From Micavibrio sp. (lineage in GTDB: Bacteria > Pseudomonadota > Alphaproteobacteria > Micavibrionales > Micavibrionaceae): a stretch of DNA of 64,000 nt. This document shows, one piece after another, positions 18,675 to 27,311 of this stretch. The stretch is taken from positions 2,496-66,495 of the forward strand of contig JALTAZ010000010.1 of NCBI GenBank assembly GCA_027075555.1. Reading direction: 5' to 3'. Position 1 is the stretch's first letter, and every line of letters begins with the position of its first letter. The notes under the pieces are model-generated. The model was given only the letters and a program-made list of their open reading frames with translations, did no database searches and was not told where the DNA came from. Position numbers and translations under genes: made by a program.

Positions 18675-20378
18675 TCAAACATTTTCTCTATACTTCTTAA
18701 CTTCATCAGGGGTGATACAAACCCAGCTATCCAGATGATCTTGGAATGATAATTCCCCAGATGTTTTTGTTTCTGATAATGCTTTACTATAGGTTTGGCG
18801 AATTTCTTGTTTCATAGATTCGCTAAAGCTTTGCTCTGTACGTAAGATCAGATCAAGCCTCCCGATATTTTCTGATATTCTGGCAAACGTACCATCAAGC
18901 TGTATTTTGCCCATTTGGCTTAAGTATAAATCCATTATAAAGCGAACTTTTTTACCCACACCTTGTGGGTTAGAGCTATGATCATTATTTTCTTTGCAGT
19001 AATACAACACTATTTTATATATTTCATTTTGCCAAGCAAGAGGTAGAGAAAGGGCTTTCCAGTCTCCTGAAATACTATCAGAATTCAAACGCGCCAATCC
19101 TAACATTTCTTGACCTAAGCGACCTAAAATATCAGATTTTCCCGCGCGTTTAAGAGCGTTAACTACCTTATCGCCAAGCCAGCCTTGAATATCACCAGAA
19201 CGCATAGCAGCAATGAAAAATAAAATAGTTGCACCCATTTGCAAAGGAGCAGCAGAATTAGGAATCACATTATTAAATATTAGCGCAGCTTGTGGGTTTG
19301 TTTGAGTTAATGCTTGTTCTATCTCTTGAAATATTGACCAAGATTGCGGCGTTAGGTAATAAGACGGAGTTAATGGGGGCGGTAGCGCGGATTGTGGTTC
19401 TGACTTAATAATATTTATAGATAGTTTTGAGCCAACAGGAATATCTTCTATTGGCACTTGGAGAGCGTAATTTTGCCCTGCTAGACTATCAGGAGCCAAA
19501 ATGCGCAAAACTGCAAAATTTTTATTTTGTGTAAAACCCTGTAAAACCGCGCTGGTTTCCCCTATTTTTGTACTAAGAAGGGTGAACTCTTTTGGTGTGT
19601 TTGGATAAATAGATAGATTGGGCAAGGTGATCTTCTCTATGTTTATGGTCGATATTCTAATGGGGCTTGGCTGATTTTTATTTGTTATTGGCTCTTGCAA
19701 TGGTGATGATATTATTTGCGATGCTATCTCACGAAATGGAATATCAATTTGTTTTCCAAACTGGCTTAAACTTTGTTTTTTTTTATCTGTCGGTGGGCTA
19801 AGCATGGTGTTTACCGGCATAGCAAAATTATCAATCTTTGATGGTAAGTTTAAGTTAACATCTCCTAACTCACTTACTAATATATTTGGTTGCCATATCT
19901 GTGATATTTGCCCTTGGATTTGTTCTAAGAAGGGCTGAGTTATTTCTAGTGGAGTATTAAGTTTAGTTAAATTTAGCTCTGCCCCATTTATTATTTCATT
20001 AAGTGTTAGAGTTTTAGGTATGCTAAATTGTGGTAACAATGTTTGAGTTCGTAGCGACTCAGCTTCTTTGGCTATTGGTTGTAATATAGCTTGTAGTGGC
20101 GGATTTCCAGCATCAATACGTATCTCTATTGGCGCGCCATTTTCAAGGCGAATGGTTGTTTGATTGGTTCTTATAATAATTTGTCCCTGACTGGTTCTGA
20201 TTGTTATATTGCCGTTATTTTCTACATTTATAATTTTCCCGCGTAAGTTTTGGGGGCTTTCTAATGATTTTAGGTTTTGCGGAAGAGTTACTATCTCAAA
20301 TTTTGAACTGGCAGATGAACGAGCGTTTGCTACTATTGTCTGAGTTAATAATGATGTGATAGAGGTTGGATCACTCAT
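18675..20378 (-). CDS. Putative flagellar hook-length control protein (FliK-like)
   Basis: 567 aa, Q/P/S/T/N-rich and low-complexity. The C-terminal block VRFIMDLYLSQMGKIQLDGTFARISENIGRLDLILRTEQSFSESMKQEIRQTYSKALSETKTSGELSFQ resembles the Flg_hook (FliK C-terminal) pattern. It lies directly downstream of flhF-flhG. Confidence 0.45.
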   Translation of the reverse strand: MSDPTSITSLLTQTIVANARSSASSKFEIVTLPQNLKSLESPQNLRGKIINVENNGNITIRTSQGQIIIRTNQTTIRLENGAPIEIRIDAGNPPLQAILQPIAKEAESLRTQTLLPQFSIPKTLTLNEIINGAELNLTKLNTPLEITQPFLEQIQGQISQIWQPNILVSELGDVNLNLPSKIDNFAMPVNTMLSPPTDKKKQSLSQFGKQIDIPFREIASQIISSPLQEPITNKNQPSPIRISTINIEKITLPNLSIYPNTPKEFTLLSTKIGETSAVLQGFTQNKNFAVLRILAPDSLAGQNYALQVPIEDIPVGSKLSINIIKSEPQSALPPPLTPSYYLTPQSWSIFQEIEQALTQTNPQAALIFNNVIPNSAAPLQMGATILFFIAAMRSGDIQGWLGDKVVNALKRAGKSDILGRLGQEMLGLARLNSDSISGDWKALSLPLAWQNEIYKIVLYYCKENNDHSSNPQGVGKKVRFIMDLYLSQMGKIQLDGTFARISENIGRLDLILRTEQSFSESMKQEIRQTYSKALSETKTSGELSFQDHLDSWVCITPDEVKKYRENV

Positions 20379-20452
20379 ATTTTTAGTTTAACGTGAAATA
20401 TGCGCAAAAGTGTAGCAATATTTTATCAGGATTTTATCTAAGGCAAAGTTTC

Positions 20453-21286
20453 CTACCCTTGTGCAATTCTTCTTTGTGCATTTTCAACATTTTTCCATAC
20501 ATAGCGCGCAATTTTTTCAACATCTTCAGCAGCATCTGCATTTGGGGATCGTATTAAAATCGGAGTTTGTGATCGTATTGTTTCTTTTACCTTTGAATCT
20601 ACGCGAATTAGTCCTGCCATATTAGGTGATAGGCGCAAGAAATTTTCGCAGGCTTTCAAAAGGGTTTTATATGTCTTTTGCCCTTCGGTTACGCTGGATG
20701 CCATATTAACAACAATGCTTATATTTTTTGACATTCCCGCCGCGTTACCAAGCTTTATGAAAGCATAAGCATCTGTGAGTGATGTTGGTTCATCAGTGGT
20801 AATTAGCAAAGTATTTGTTGCTGTAGCAGATAGCATACGCACAGTTCTATCAACGCCAGCTCCAAGATCGGCTATAACTACATCATATTCAGAGGATAAA
20901 TCCAGTAATTGATCTCGAAGAAGACTCAATCTTTGGCTAGGTAAGGCAGATAGCGAAGCTTGACCAGAACGCCCAGCCACAATATCAAAACCGCCATCTT
21001 CATACTCTTGTACTACGCGATCTAATCCCAAGCGCCCGCGAATAACATCATTAAGGTCACGTTTTGGCATAAGACCAAGTTGAACATCAACATTAGCCAG
21101 CCCTAAATCACCATCAAAAAGTAAAACTCGTTTTCCCATTTTTGTTAGAGCATGGGCGAGAGTAATTGAAAACCAAGTCTTGCCAACACCGCCCTTGCCG
21201 CTGGCTACGGCAATAATATTTGCAGATCTTCCAAAAGTAGGATTTGCAGTTGATGGTGCTTTGTTGGTTACTGGCTTTCCTGTCAT
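20453..21286 (-). CDS. flhG: MinD/ParA-family flagellar number regulator FlhG (FleN/MotR)
   Basis: Deviant Walker A IAVASGKGGVGKTWFSITLA. The start overlaps the flhF stop by 1 nt (TAATG), which is the canonical flhF-flhG pairing. Confidence 0.85.
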   Translation of the reverse strand: MTGKPVTNKAPSTANPTFGRSANIIAVASGKGGVGKTWFSITLAHALTKMGKRVLLFDGDLGLANVDVQLGLMPKRDLNDVIRGRLGLDRVVQEYEDGGFDIVAGRSGQASLSALPSQRLSLLRDQLLDLSSEYDVVIADLGAGVDRTVRMLSATATNTLLITTDEPTSLTDAYAFIKLGNAAGMSKNISIVVNMASSVTEGQKTYKTLLKACENFLRLSPNMAGLIRVDSKVKETIRSQTPILIRSPNADAAEDVEKIARYVWKNVENAQRRIAQG

Positions 21287-22332
21287 TATCTGGTTCCTGT
21301 TCTTTTGGCAGCTTGTGATTGCAGGCCTTGTTTGCTTACTATATCATTTTTTGAAGATTTATATAGCCGTGGCATTAGTAATTGTGCAAGAGCACTTGGA
21401 GAAAGAGGAATAAGACCTCTTGCAACTTTTGGAGTTGTGCTCACATCTGTAAAGCTAAGATCGCCTTGATGCGCGGCTGATAGCAAACTTCCCAAGCGAC
21501 GTGCAATGTCAACGCGCGTTGGTAATATTTCACTAACCCCAATAGTGGCAAAAACACGCGCCATCTCTCCAGCTTCATCTGCATCAGTTCCAGCGGGCAG
21601 AACCATTACTGGACGAATATCTGTGGCATTTATAAGGCGTGCTAATATTTTTACTTCATTTTTATCAAAAGGATTTAATCCAGATGTATCAATGACCACC
21701 TGATCATGGTCTTTCATTAAATCATCTGCGATATTACCAAGTGATCTATAATCAACGGCCTTTTTAAGTTTTATATTAAGCAGATCGGTAAAGGCTTTTA
21801 ACTGTTCTATACCTCCAGCGCGCACTGTATCAGTAGAAATCACGCCAATGTTAAGGCCATTCATCGCCCCTCTAGCAGCTAGTTTTGCCACAGCTAGTGT
21901 TTTACCGGCTCCTGGAGGACCAACCATCATAATAGGTTTATTAAAGGTTCTTACAGGTAAAGGGCGATAGGAGAATAATTGCTCTAATGTACTAATAAGA
22001 GCAATTTTAATATTATCAAACCCCATAACGGTTGCACAAGAAATCATATTATCCATGACGTCTTCAGGAACGCAATGGCGCAACATTATATCGGTTAGCT
22101 CCTCAGTAATAGCATTGGAATCAAGCTCATCATCATATTGTAGCCAGCTATCACCGCTTGCTATTCCTTCATCACCAATTTCAAACGCAGGCTCTATCGC
22201 CGCTGTAACACGAACATTACCTTTCGCGCGATCTTCACCTGTCGCAACAATAATGGCTTCTTCGCCAAGAGTTTCGCGTATCATTTGCATCGCTTCTGTC
22301 ATTGTACTGGCATGAAATGTCTTTAGCCGCAT
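21286..22332 (-). CDS. flhF: Flagellar biosynthesis SRP-type GTPase FlhF
   Basis: MRLKTFHASTMTEAMQMIRETLGEEAIIV N-terminus, GPPGAGKTLAVAKLA, DTSG. The track start at 22353 is TTG; the ATG at 22332 matches the usual FlhF N-terminus. Confidence 0.85.
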   Translation of the reverse strand: MRLKTFHASTMTEAMQMIRETLGEEAIIVATGEDRAKGNVRVTAAIEPAFEIGDEGIASGDSWLQYDDELDSNAITEELTDIMLRHCVPEDVMDNMISCATVMGFDNIKIALISTLEQLFSYRPLPVRTFNKPIMMVGPPGAGKTLAVAKLAARGAMNGLNIGVISTDTVRAGGIEQLKAFTDLLNIKLKKAVDYRSLGNIADDLMKDHDQVVIDTSGLNPFDKNEVKILARLINATDIRPVMVLPAGTDADEAGEMARVFATIGVSEILPTRVDIARRLGSLLSAAHQGDLSFTDVSTTPKVARGLIPLSPSALAQLLMPRLYKSSKNDIVSKQGLQSQAAKRTGTR

Positions 22333-22454
22333 GGGAAAGTTTACCCGAATCAAACTAATTATATGGTTTCCATTAATTATATACTAGAGCATAAGCATAA
22401 AAAAATGCTACAGTCTTTTGAAATTTGTATAAATAATATTTTTAGGAGAATATA

Positions 22455-23075
22455 TTGTCTTATAATAACTTGTTTTTGAAACCTTATACACGGTTTTTGG
22501 TGATTGGGCTATCTGCTATTTCTTTGGGATATAACATGTCAGCTAAAGCTGGTGATGAAATAGAGCAAGTTGTAGAAATAAAAGATTTACCAAGTGGTAA
22601 GGGTCAGACTATTGAAAAATTAACACAAGATCTTATTAAGGATTTTTATAAGAAAGCAGAGTTAGCTTCATTAGAAGGTGGTAAGACTATATTGAAATTT
22701 TTGGATAAACATACCGCCGAAGACGCAAAAACCAAACTTCATATGCGAACTGTTATGCCTAACAAGCCGCCAGAAAAAAGCGTAGTTATATCTGATAAAA
22801 CTACTATGCTTGCAGATACAAAATCAGCATATGAAAGGGGTAGCGTTGATAACATGAAAACTGAGGTTATATCAGTTAATATTTCAGATGATGGTAAATC
22901 TGCATCAGTAGTAGAAAGAACTGTTTCTGATTATTCGTTAACATTACCAGAAGATCAGAAAGTAAAAATAAGAAGCGATCAGAGCTGCGATACTTCTATC
23001 ATACTAAATGATGGTATTATTCAAAGCGGTAATTCTGAATGTGACGTTGAGGTTAATATTGAGCCGGTGAAATAG
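22455..23075 (+). CDS. Secreted hypothetical protein, paralog 1 of 3
   Basis: TTG start, 6 nt after AGGAG. Signal-like segment ...LSAISLGYNMSAKA/G. Shares conserved blocks and a C-x17-C pair with the next two ORFs. Confidence 0.6.
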   Translation: MSYNNLFLKPYTRFLVIGLSAISLGYNMSAKAGDEIEQVVEIKDLPSGKGQTIEKLTQDLIKDFYKKAELASLEGGKTILKFLDKHTAEDAKTKLHMRTVMPNKPPEKSVVISDKTTMLADTKSAYERGSVDNMKTEVISVNISDDGKSASVVERTVSDYSLTLPEDQKVKIRSDQSCDTSIILNDGIIQSGNSECDVEVNIEPVK

Positions 23076-23654
23076 ATGATGAAGTGTTTTACTATTAAGT
23101 TTAATTTATTGTTGTTAATGGTATTTATTGCCGCAGGTAGCACACATTTTTTGTATTTAAAATCGGCTATGGCTGGTTTTGATATTTTAACAGATAATAA
23201 AATTAAATCTTTCTACGATGATTATATTTCTATTCAAACGGGTAATCCAGATAAGGCTATATCATTTTTGAAAGAGCATCTTAGCGATGATTTCAACATG
23301 TCTGTTAATGTCATAAGTAAAATTGAAGGTTCTCCACAACAAGAGCAAATAGTGAATTTTAATAAGGAAAAGATGTTAGAGGAAACTAAAAGGGGTATGG
23401 AGGTTATTAAAACAAGTTCTGTAGATTATAAGATAAAATCTATTGATATAAGCGACGATGGCAAGGTCGCAAAGGTTATAGATAGTCGATCCCTTGATAT
23501 TGAGCTATCTATAGGAAGTTATGGTATGCCTACAAAGTTTATAGGTAATCGTTTTATGATTTGTAATACAACTTTATATTTAAATAGTAATGGTAGCATC
23601 ATGATTAAGGATAGCACTTGCAATTCCAAAGATAACATAAGATCCGCAGAATAA
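23076..23654 (+). CDS. Secreted hypothetical protein, paralog 2 of 3
   Basis: The ATG directly abuts the stop of paralog 1. Signal-like LLLLMVFIAAGSTHFLYLKSAMA/G. Conserved IKSFY, ISDDGKVAKV and C-x18-C. Confidence 0.6.
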   Translation: MMKCFTIKFNLLLLMVFIAAGSTHFLYLKSAMAGFDILTDNKIKSFYDDYISIQTGNPDKAISFLKEHLSDDFNMSVNVISKIEGSPQQEQIVNFNKEKMLEETKRGMEVIKTSSVDYKIKSIDISDDGKVAKVIDSRSLDIELSIGSYGMPTKFIGNRFMICNTTLYLNSNGSIMIKDSTCNSKDNIRSAE

Positions 23655-23684
23655 TTATTATTATACACACAGAGTTTAATTTCC

Positions 23685-24224
23685 ATGTACAATTTTAAAT
23701 TTATTATTTACTTGATTTTATTAACATTTTCCCTGTTCCCCATATATGCTTATTCAAGTGATAAGGTCTTAAATGAGAAAACTATTAAGAATTTTTATAA
23801 AGACCTTGTTGAGGCTAAGATTTCTGGGGGAGAGTATTTAATTTATTTTCATGGAAAGCATTATAGCGATGATTTGAAAATGATATTGAATCTAAGAAGG
23901 AAAGTTGGTGGTGATGAAATGTCTAGGGTTTTTCTAGATCATGATAAGGAAAGCTTTATGGAGGCCATAAAGGAAAACTCTAAAATTTTAGATCATAAAA
24001 ATGGAAGATATGATATTGTAAGCATTTCGATGAATGAAAACGATAACAGTGCGGAAGTTCATGTTAGGTTAGTTAGTCAGTTTATTGTTCAAACTGATAG
24101 GCTTGCTCCTAGAAAGTCAGCAATTGAAGCAATGGATTGTAAGGATATAATAACATTGTCTAATTATGGTGTTATACAAATTAAATCTTCGCAATGTGAT
24201 GTAAATGTTTCCATGGATAAATAG
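23685..24224 (+). CDS. Secreted hypothetical protein, paralog 3 of 3
   Basis: Signal-like IIYLILLTFSLFPIYAYS/S. Conserved IKNFY, HYSDD and C-x18-C. Confidence 0.6.
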   Translation: MYNFKFIIYLILLTFSLFPIYAYSSDKVLNEKTIKNFYKDLVEAKISGGEYLIYFHGKHYSDDLKMILNLRRKVGGDEMSRVFLDHDKESFMEAIKENSKILDHKNGRYDIVSISMNENDNSAEVHVRLVSQFIVQTDRLAPRKSAIEAMDCKDIITLSNYGVIQIKSSQCDVNVSMDK

Positions 24225-24254
24225 GAAAAAAATCAAAAGTTAATAATAAAAAAA

Positions 24255-26375
24255 TTAAATTTGTCCCATAGTTTTTATTTTTGCTTTGGGGTGGATTTCA
24301 TTTTGAGACATTACGACAGTTTGAGGGCGGAATCTCTCAATAACAGAGCGAACATAAGGGCGTATCATTGGTGATGTTAATAAAACAGGTGTAATTCCTT
24401 GGGCAGCTAGCGAATCATATTGTTCACGTACAGCAGTTATAAAATCCTGTAATTTAGTTGGAGGCATGGCAAGTTGTTTATCCTCACCATCTCCAACTAG
24501 AGCGTCCATAAAGGCTTGCTCCCATTCAGGCGACAGTGTTAATAATATTAAAACGCCTGATTGGTCAGTATTTGCATCGCAAATTTGCCTAGCTAGCCTA
24601 GACCTAACATGTTCAGTGATTTTTGCTATACTCTTAGTGTAGGCAGATGCCTCTGATATTCCTTCTAATATAGTGGCTAAATCTCTAACAGAAACACGTT
24701 CAGCCAAAAGATTTTGTAATATACGTTGTAAACCGCCAACAGTTATTTGTGCAGGTATAACATCGGCAACAAGCTTTTGGTATTCTTGAGGCAACTCATT
24801 AAGGAGCTTTTGTGTTTCTGCATAATTAAGCAGGTCAGGCATATTATCTTTAATTATTTCGGTAATATGAGTTGTAATAACAGTTGGTGCATCAACAACT
24901 GTATATCCTTTAAAATGTGCTTCTTCACGGTATTGTTCTTGTATCCACATAGCGGGCAGACCAAAGGTTGGTTCAACGGTGTTTTCACCGGGCAATGATA
25001 TAGTTGCGCCATTAGGATCCATGCACATAAGCATATTAGGACGCACCTCACCACGACCTGCTTCAATCTCTTTTATGCTTACGACATATGCATTTGCGGC
25101 AAGTTGTAGATTATCTTGTATCCTAACTGCGGGTAGAACATATCCCATATCTTCTGCTAGTTGACGGCGTAGCCCCTTAATTTGATCAGTTAGTTTATTC
25201 CCGCCATCTCCTTGAACCAGAGGGAGTAGTCCATATCCCAGCTCTAGGCGAATTATATCCATGGCTAATGCATTTGATATTGGCTCTTCTGCGATTGGTG
25301 CTCCTGCTCCTTTTTCTCCTGAAACTTGAGCGTCTTTCGCGGTTAGTTTTTCTTCCTTTCTTTCGTTGTTTTTTTGATAGGCAAAATATGACAAGCTGCC
25401 AGTTATTGCGGAAATAATAGCAAAGGGTATAAATGGCATCGCAGGGACAAGGCCAAGTATAAGCATTAGGACAGAGCTCATGGCCAATGCATTAGGGTAG
25501 CGGCTTACTTGTATGAATAACTCTTGTTCGGCAGAGCCCTCAACCCCAGCTTTGGAAACTAAAAGACCCGCAGATACAGAAACAACAAGTGCAGGAATTT
25601 GACTTACAAGACCGTCTCCAATTGTAAGTATTGTATAATTGGCTGCGGCCTCGGCTAGGGTCATATCTTGCATGACTGTACCAATTACAATACCGCCAAT
25701 GATATTAACAAAAACAATCAAAAGCCCAGCTATGGCATCGCCACGAACAAATTTGGCTGCACCGTCCATGGCTCCGTAGAAAGTGCTTTCAGATTCTAGT
25801 TTTTTACGTTTTTCTCTAGCCTCATCTTCGGTAATCATGCCCGCGGATAAGTCGCTATCAATTGCCATTTGTTTTCCTGGCATAGCATCTAAGGTAAAGC
25901 GGGCAGCTACTTCCGCAATACGACCTGAACCTTTTGTGATAACGATAAAGTTGATAATTACAAGAATTGAAAAAACAATAGCCCCTATGACATAGTTGTT
26001 CCCAATAATAAATGTTCCAAAGGCTTCGATAATTCCCCCTGCAGCATCGCGACCTGTGTGACCGTCTTCTAAAATAAGACGTGTAGATGCTATATTTAGC
26101 CCCAATCTCATAGATGTTGCGACTAGCAATACGGTTGGGAATGTTGAAAATTCCAACGGAGTTTGGATAAATAATACGGTCATTAAAATTATTATTGAAA
26201 AAGTAATTGATATTGCTAGGCCTGCATCAAGCATGAATGGGGGCATGGGAACTAGCATAAATAAGATGATTGCAATAATGCCAAAAGCAAAAATTATGTC
26301 ACTACGGAAAAATGCTCCTAAGCTAGGAAGAGAATCCGAGGAGCTACTTTTTGTCTGTAATGCATTATCGGTCAT
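24255..26375 (-). CDS. flhA: Flagellar type III export gate protein FlhA
   Basis: 706 aa. FHIPEP blocks (VFSILVIINFIVITKGSGRIAEVAARFTLDAMPGKQMAIDSDL, FYGAMDGAAKFVRGDAIAG) and a cytoplasmic C-domain. Confidence 0.95.
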   Translation of the reverse strand: MTDNALQTKSSSSDSLPSLGAFFRSDIIFAFGIIAIILFMLVPMPPFMLDAGLAISITFSIIILMTVLFIQTPLEFSTFPTVLLVATSMRLGLNIASTRLILEDGHTGRDAAGGIIEAFGTFIIGNNYVIGAIVFSILVIINFIVITKGSGRIAEVAARFTLDAMPGKQMAIDSDLSAGMITEDEAREKRKKLESESTFYGAMDGAAKFVRGDAIAGLLIVFVNIIGGIVIGTVMQDMTLAEAAANYTILTIGDGLVSQIPALVVSVSAGLLVSKAGVEGSAEQELFIQVSRYPNALAMSSVLMLILGLVPAMPFIPFAIISAITGSLSYFAYQKNNERKEEKLTAKDAQVSGEKGAGAPIAEEPISNALAMDIIRLELGYGLLPLVQGDGGNKLTDQIKGLRRQLAEDMGYVLPAVRIQDNLQLAANAYVVSIKEIEAGRGEVRPNMLMCMDPNGATISLPGENTVEPTFGLPAMWIQEQYREEAHFKGYTVVDAPTVITTHITEIIKDNMPDLLNYAETQKLLNELPQEYQKLVADVIPAQITVGGLQRILQNLLAERVSVRDLATILEGISEASAYTKSIAKITEHVRSRLARQICDANTDQSGVLILLTLSPEWEQAFMDALVGDGEDKQLAMPPTKLQDFITAVREQYDSLAAQGITPVLLTSPMIRPYVRSVIERFRPQTVVMSQNEIHPKAKIKTMGQI

Positions 26376-26591
26376 TAAATTACCCGTAAGGCAGAAAGCC
26401 TAGAAAATTAGAACAACAAAAACACGCCTGTGTTTGAAACACAAACCAGCTATAATACTACCTCCGCATAAATAAACATGCAAACGTTTAGACTGTTTTA
26501 ATAAATAAAAAAGAAAGATATAATCTTTGAATTTATTTTATATATTAAGGACATATACATACATGTATATATAATATATACGCTGCAAGTC

Positions 26592-27239
26592 TTATCCTAG
26601 ATCGTTATTGTCACCAATAAATATAGGAGCTTCAGGAACTTCTGTATAGGCTTGCGTTTTTGCCATATCAGGGCGCTGAAGATCAATTTCCTTGCCAGAG
26701 TGATCAACCAATACAACATTATGTTCTTTTACTGTATCGGCATTTGGCGCATATGAAAGACCTCCATCTTGAGCCGCTTTTTGAATAGCTTCTTGTCTTT
26801 TATCATCAGGCGTTGAAATAAAAATCAATAGCGCATCTTTTTGGCTAGAGCTAAGATTATCATAAGCATCAACATCGGCGCCTAGTTCTTTTTTCAAGGC
26901 TTTTTCATGCTGTTTTTTTTCTGCTGAGCTTACATCTTTAAGGTATCCACCTTTAACTAGCTTTTGTGAAAAATCAGCGATAATAGCAACAGTTTCATCA
27001 TTAGTTACAACACCATCTTTTTCTTTTGCGTCACTAATATTCATGCCAAACTGTTTTTCAAACATAGGCCCTTGATTAGGATCATTAAGCATAGCTGTTA
27101 TCTCAGCAAGCTCACTGCCGTAATTACCATAATTGTCTTTTCTTTGATTTTGTTTTGTTCCAGTATCTATAAGACTTTCAGCGCCTTTTGCAAAATCTTT
27201 CATAGTCGGAATCTTGTCTGTAAAGCTATCCCAGCCCAT
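26592..27239 (-). CDS. Hypothetical protein (no recognised domain)
   Basis: 215-aa K/D/E-rich ORF with no signal peptide or TM segment, co-directional between flbD and flhA. Confidence 0.45.
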   Translation of the reverse strand: MGWDSFTDKIPTMKDFAKGAESLIDTGTKQNQRKDNYGNYGSELAEITAMLNDPNQGPMFEKQFGMNISDAKEKDGVVTNDETVAIIADFSQKLVKGGYLKDVSSAEKKQHEKALKKELGADVDAYDNLSSSQKDALLIFISTPDDKRQEAIQKAAQDGGLSYAPNADTVKEHNVVLVDHSGKEIDLQRPDMAKTQAYTEVPEAPIFIGDNNDLG

Positions 27240-27311
27240 AATTATTTATCCTTCACTAACAATATTTTATTTAAGCATTATATATCGTTTTACGCAAATG
27301 TAATACAAAAA

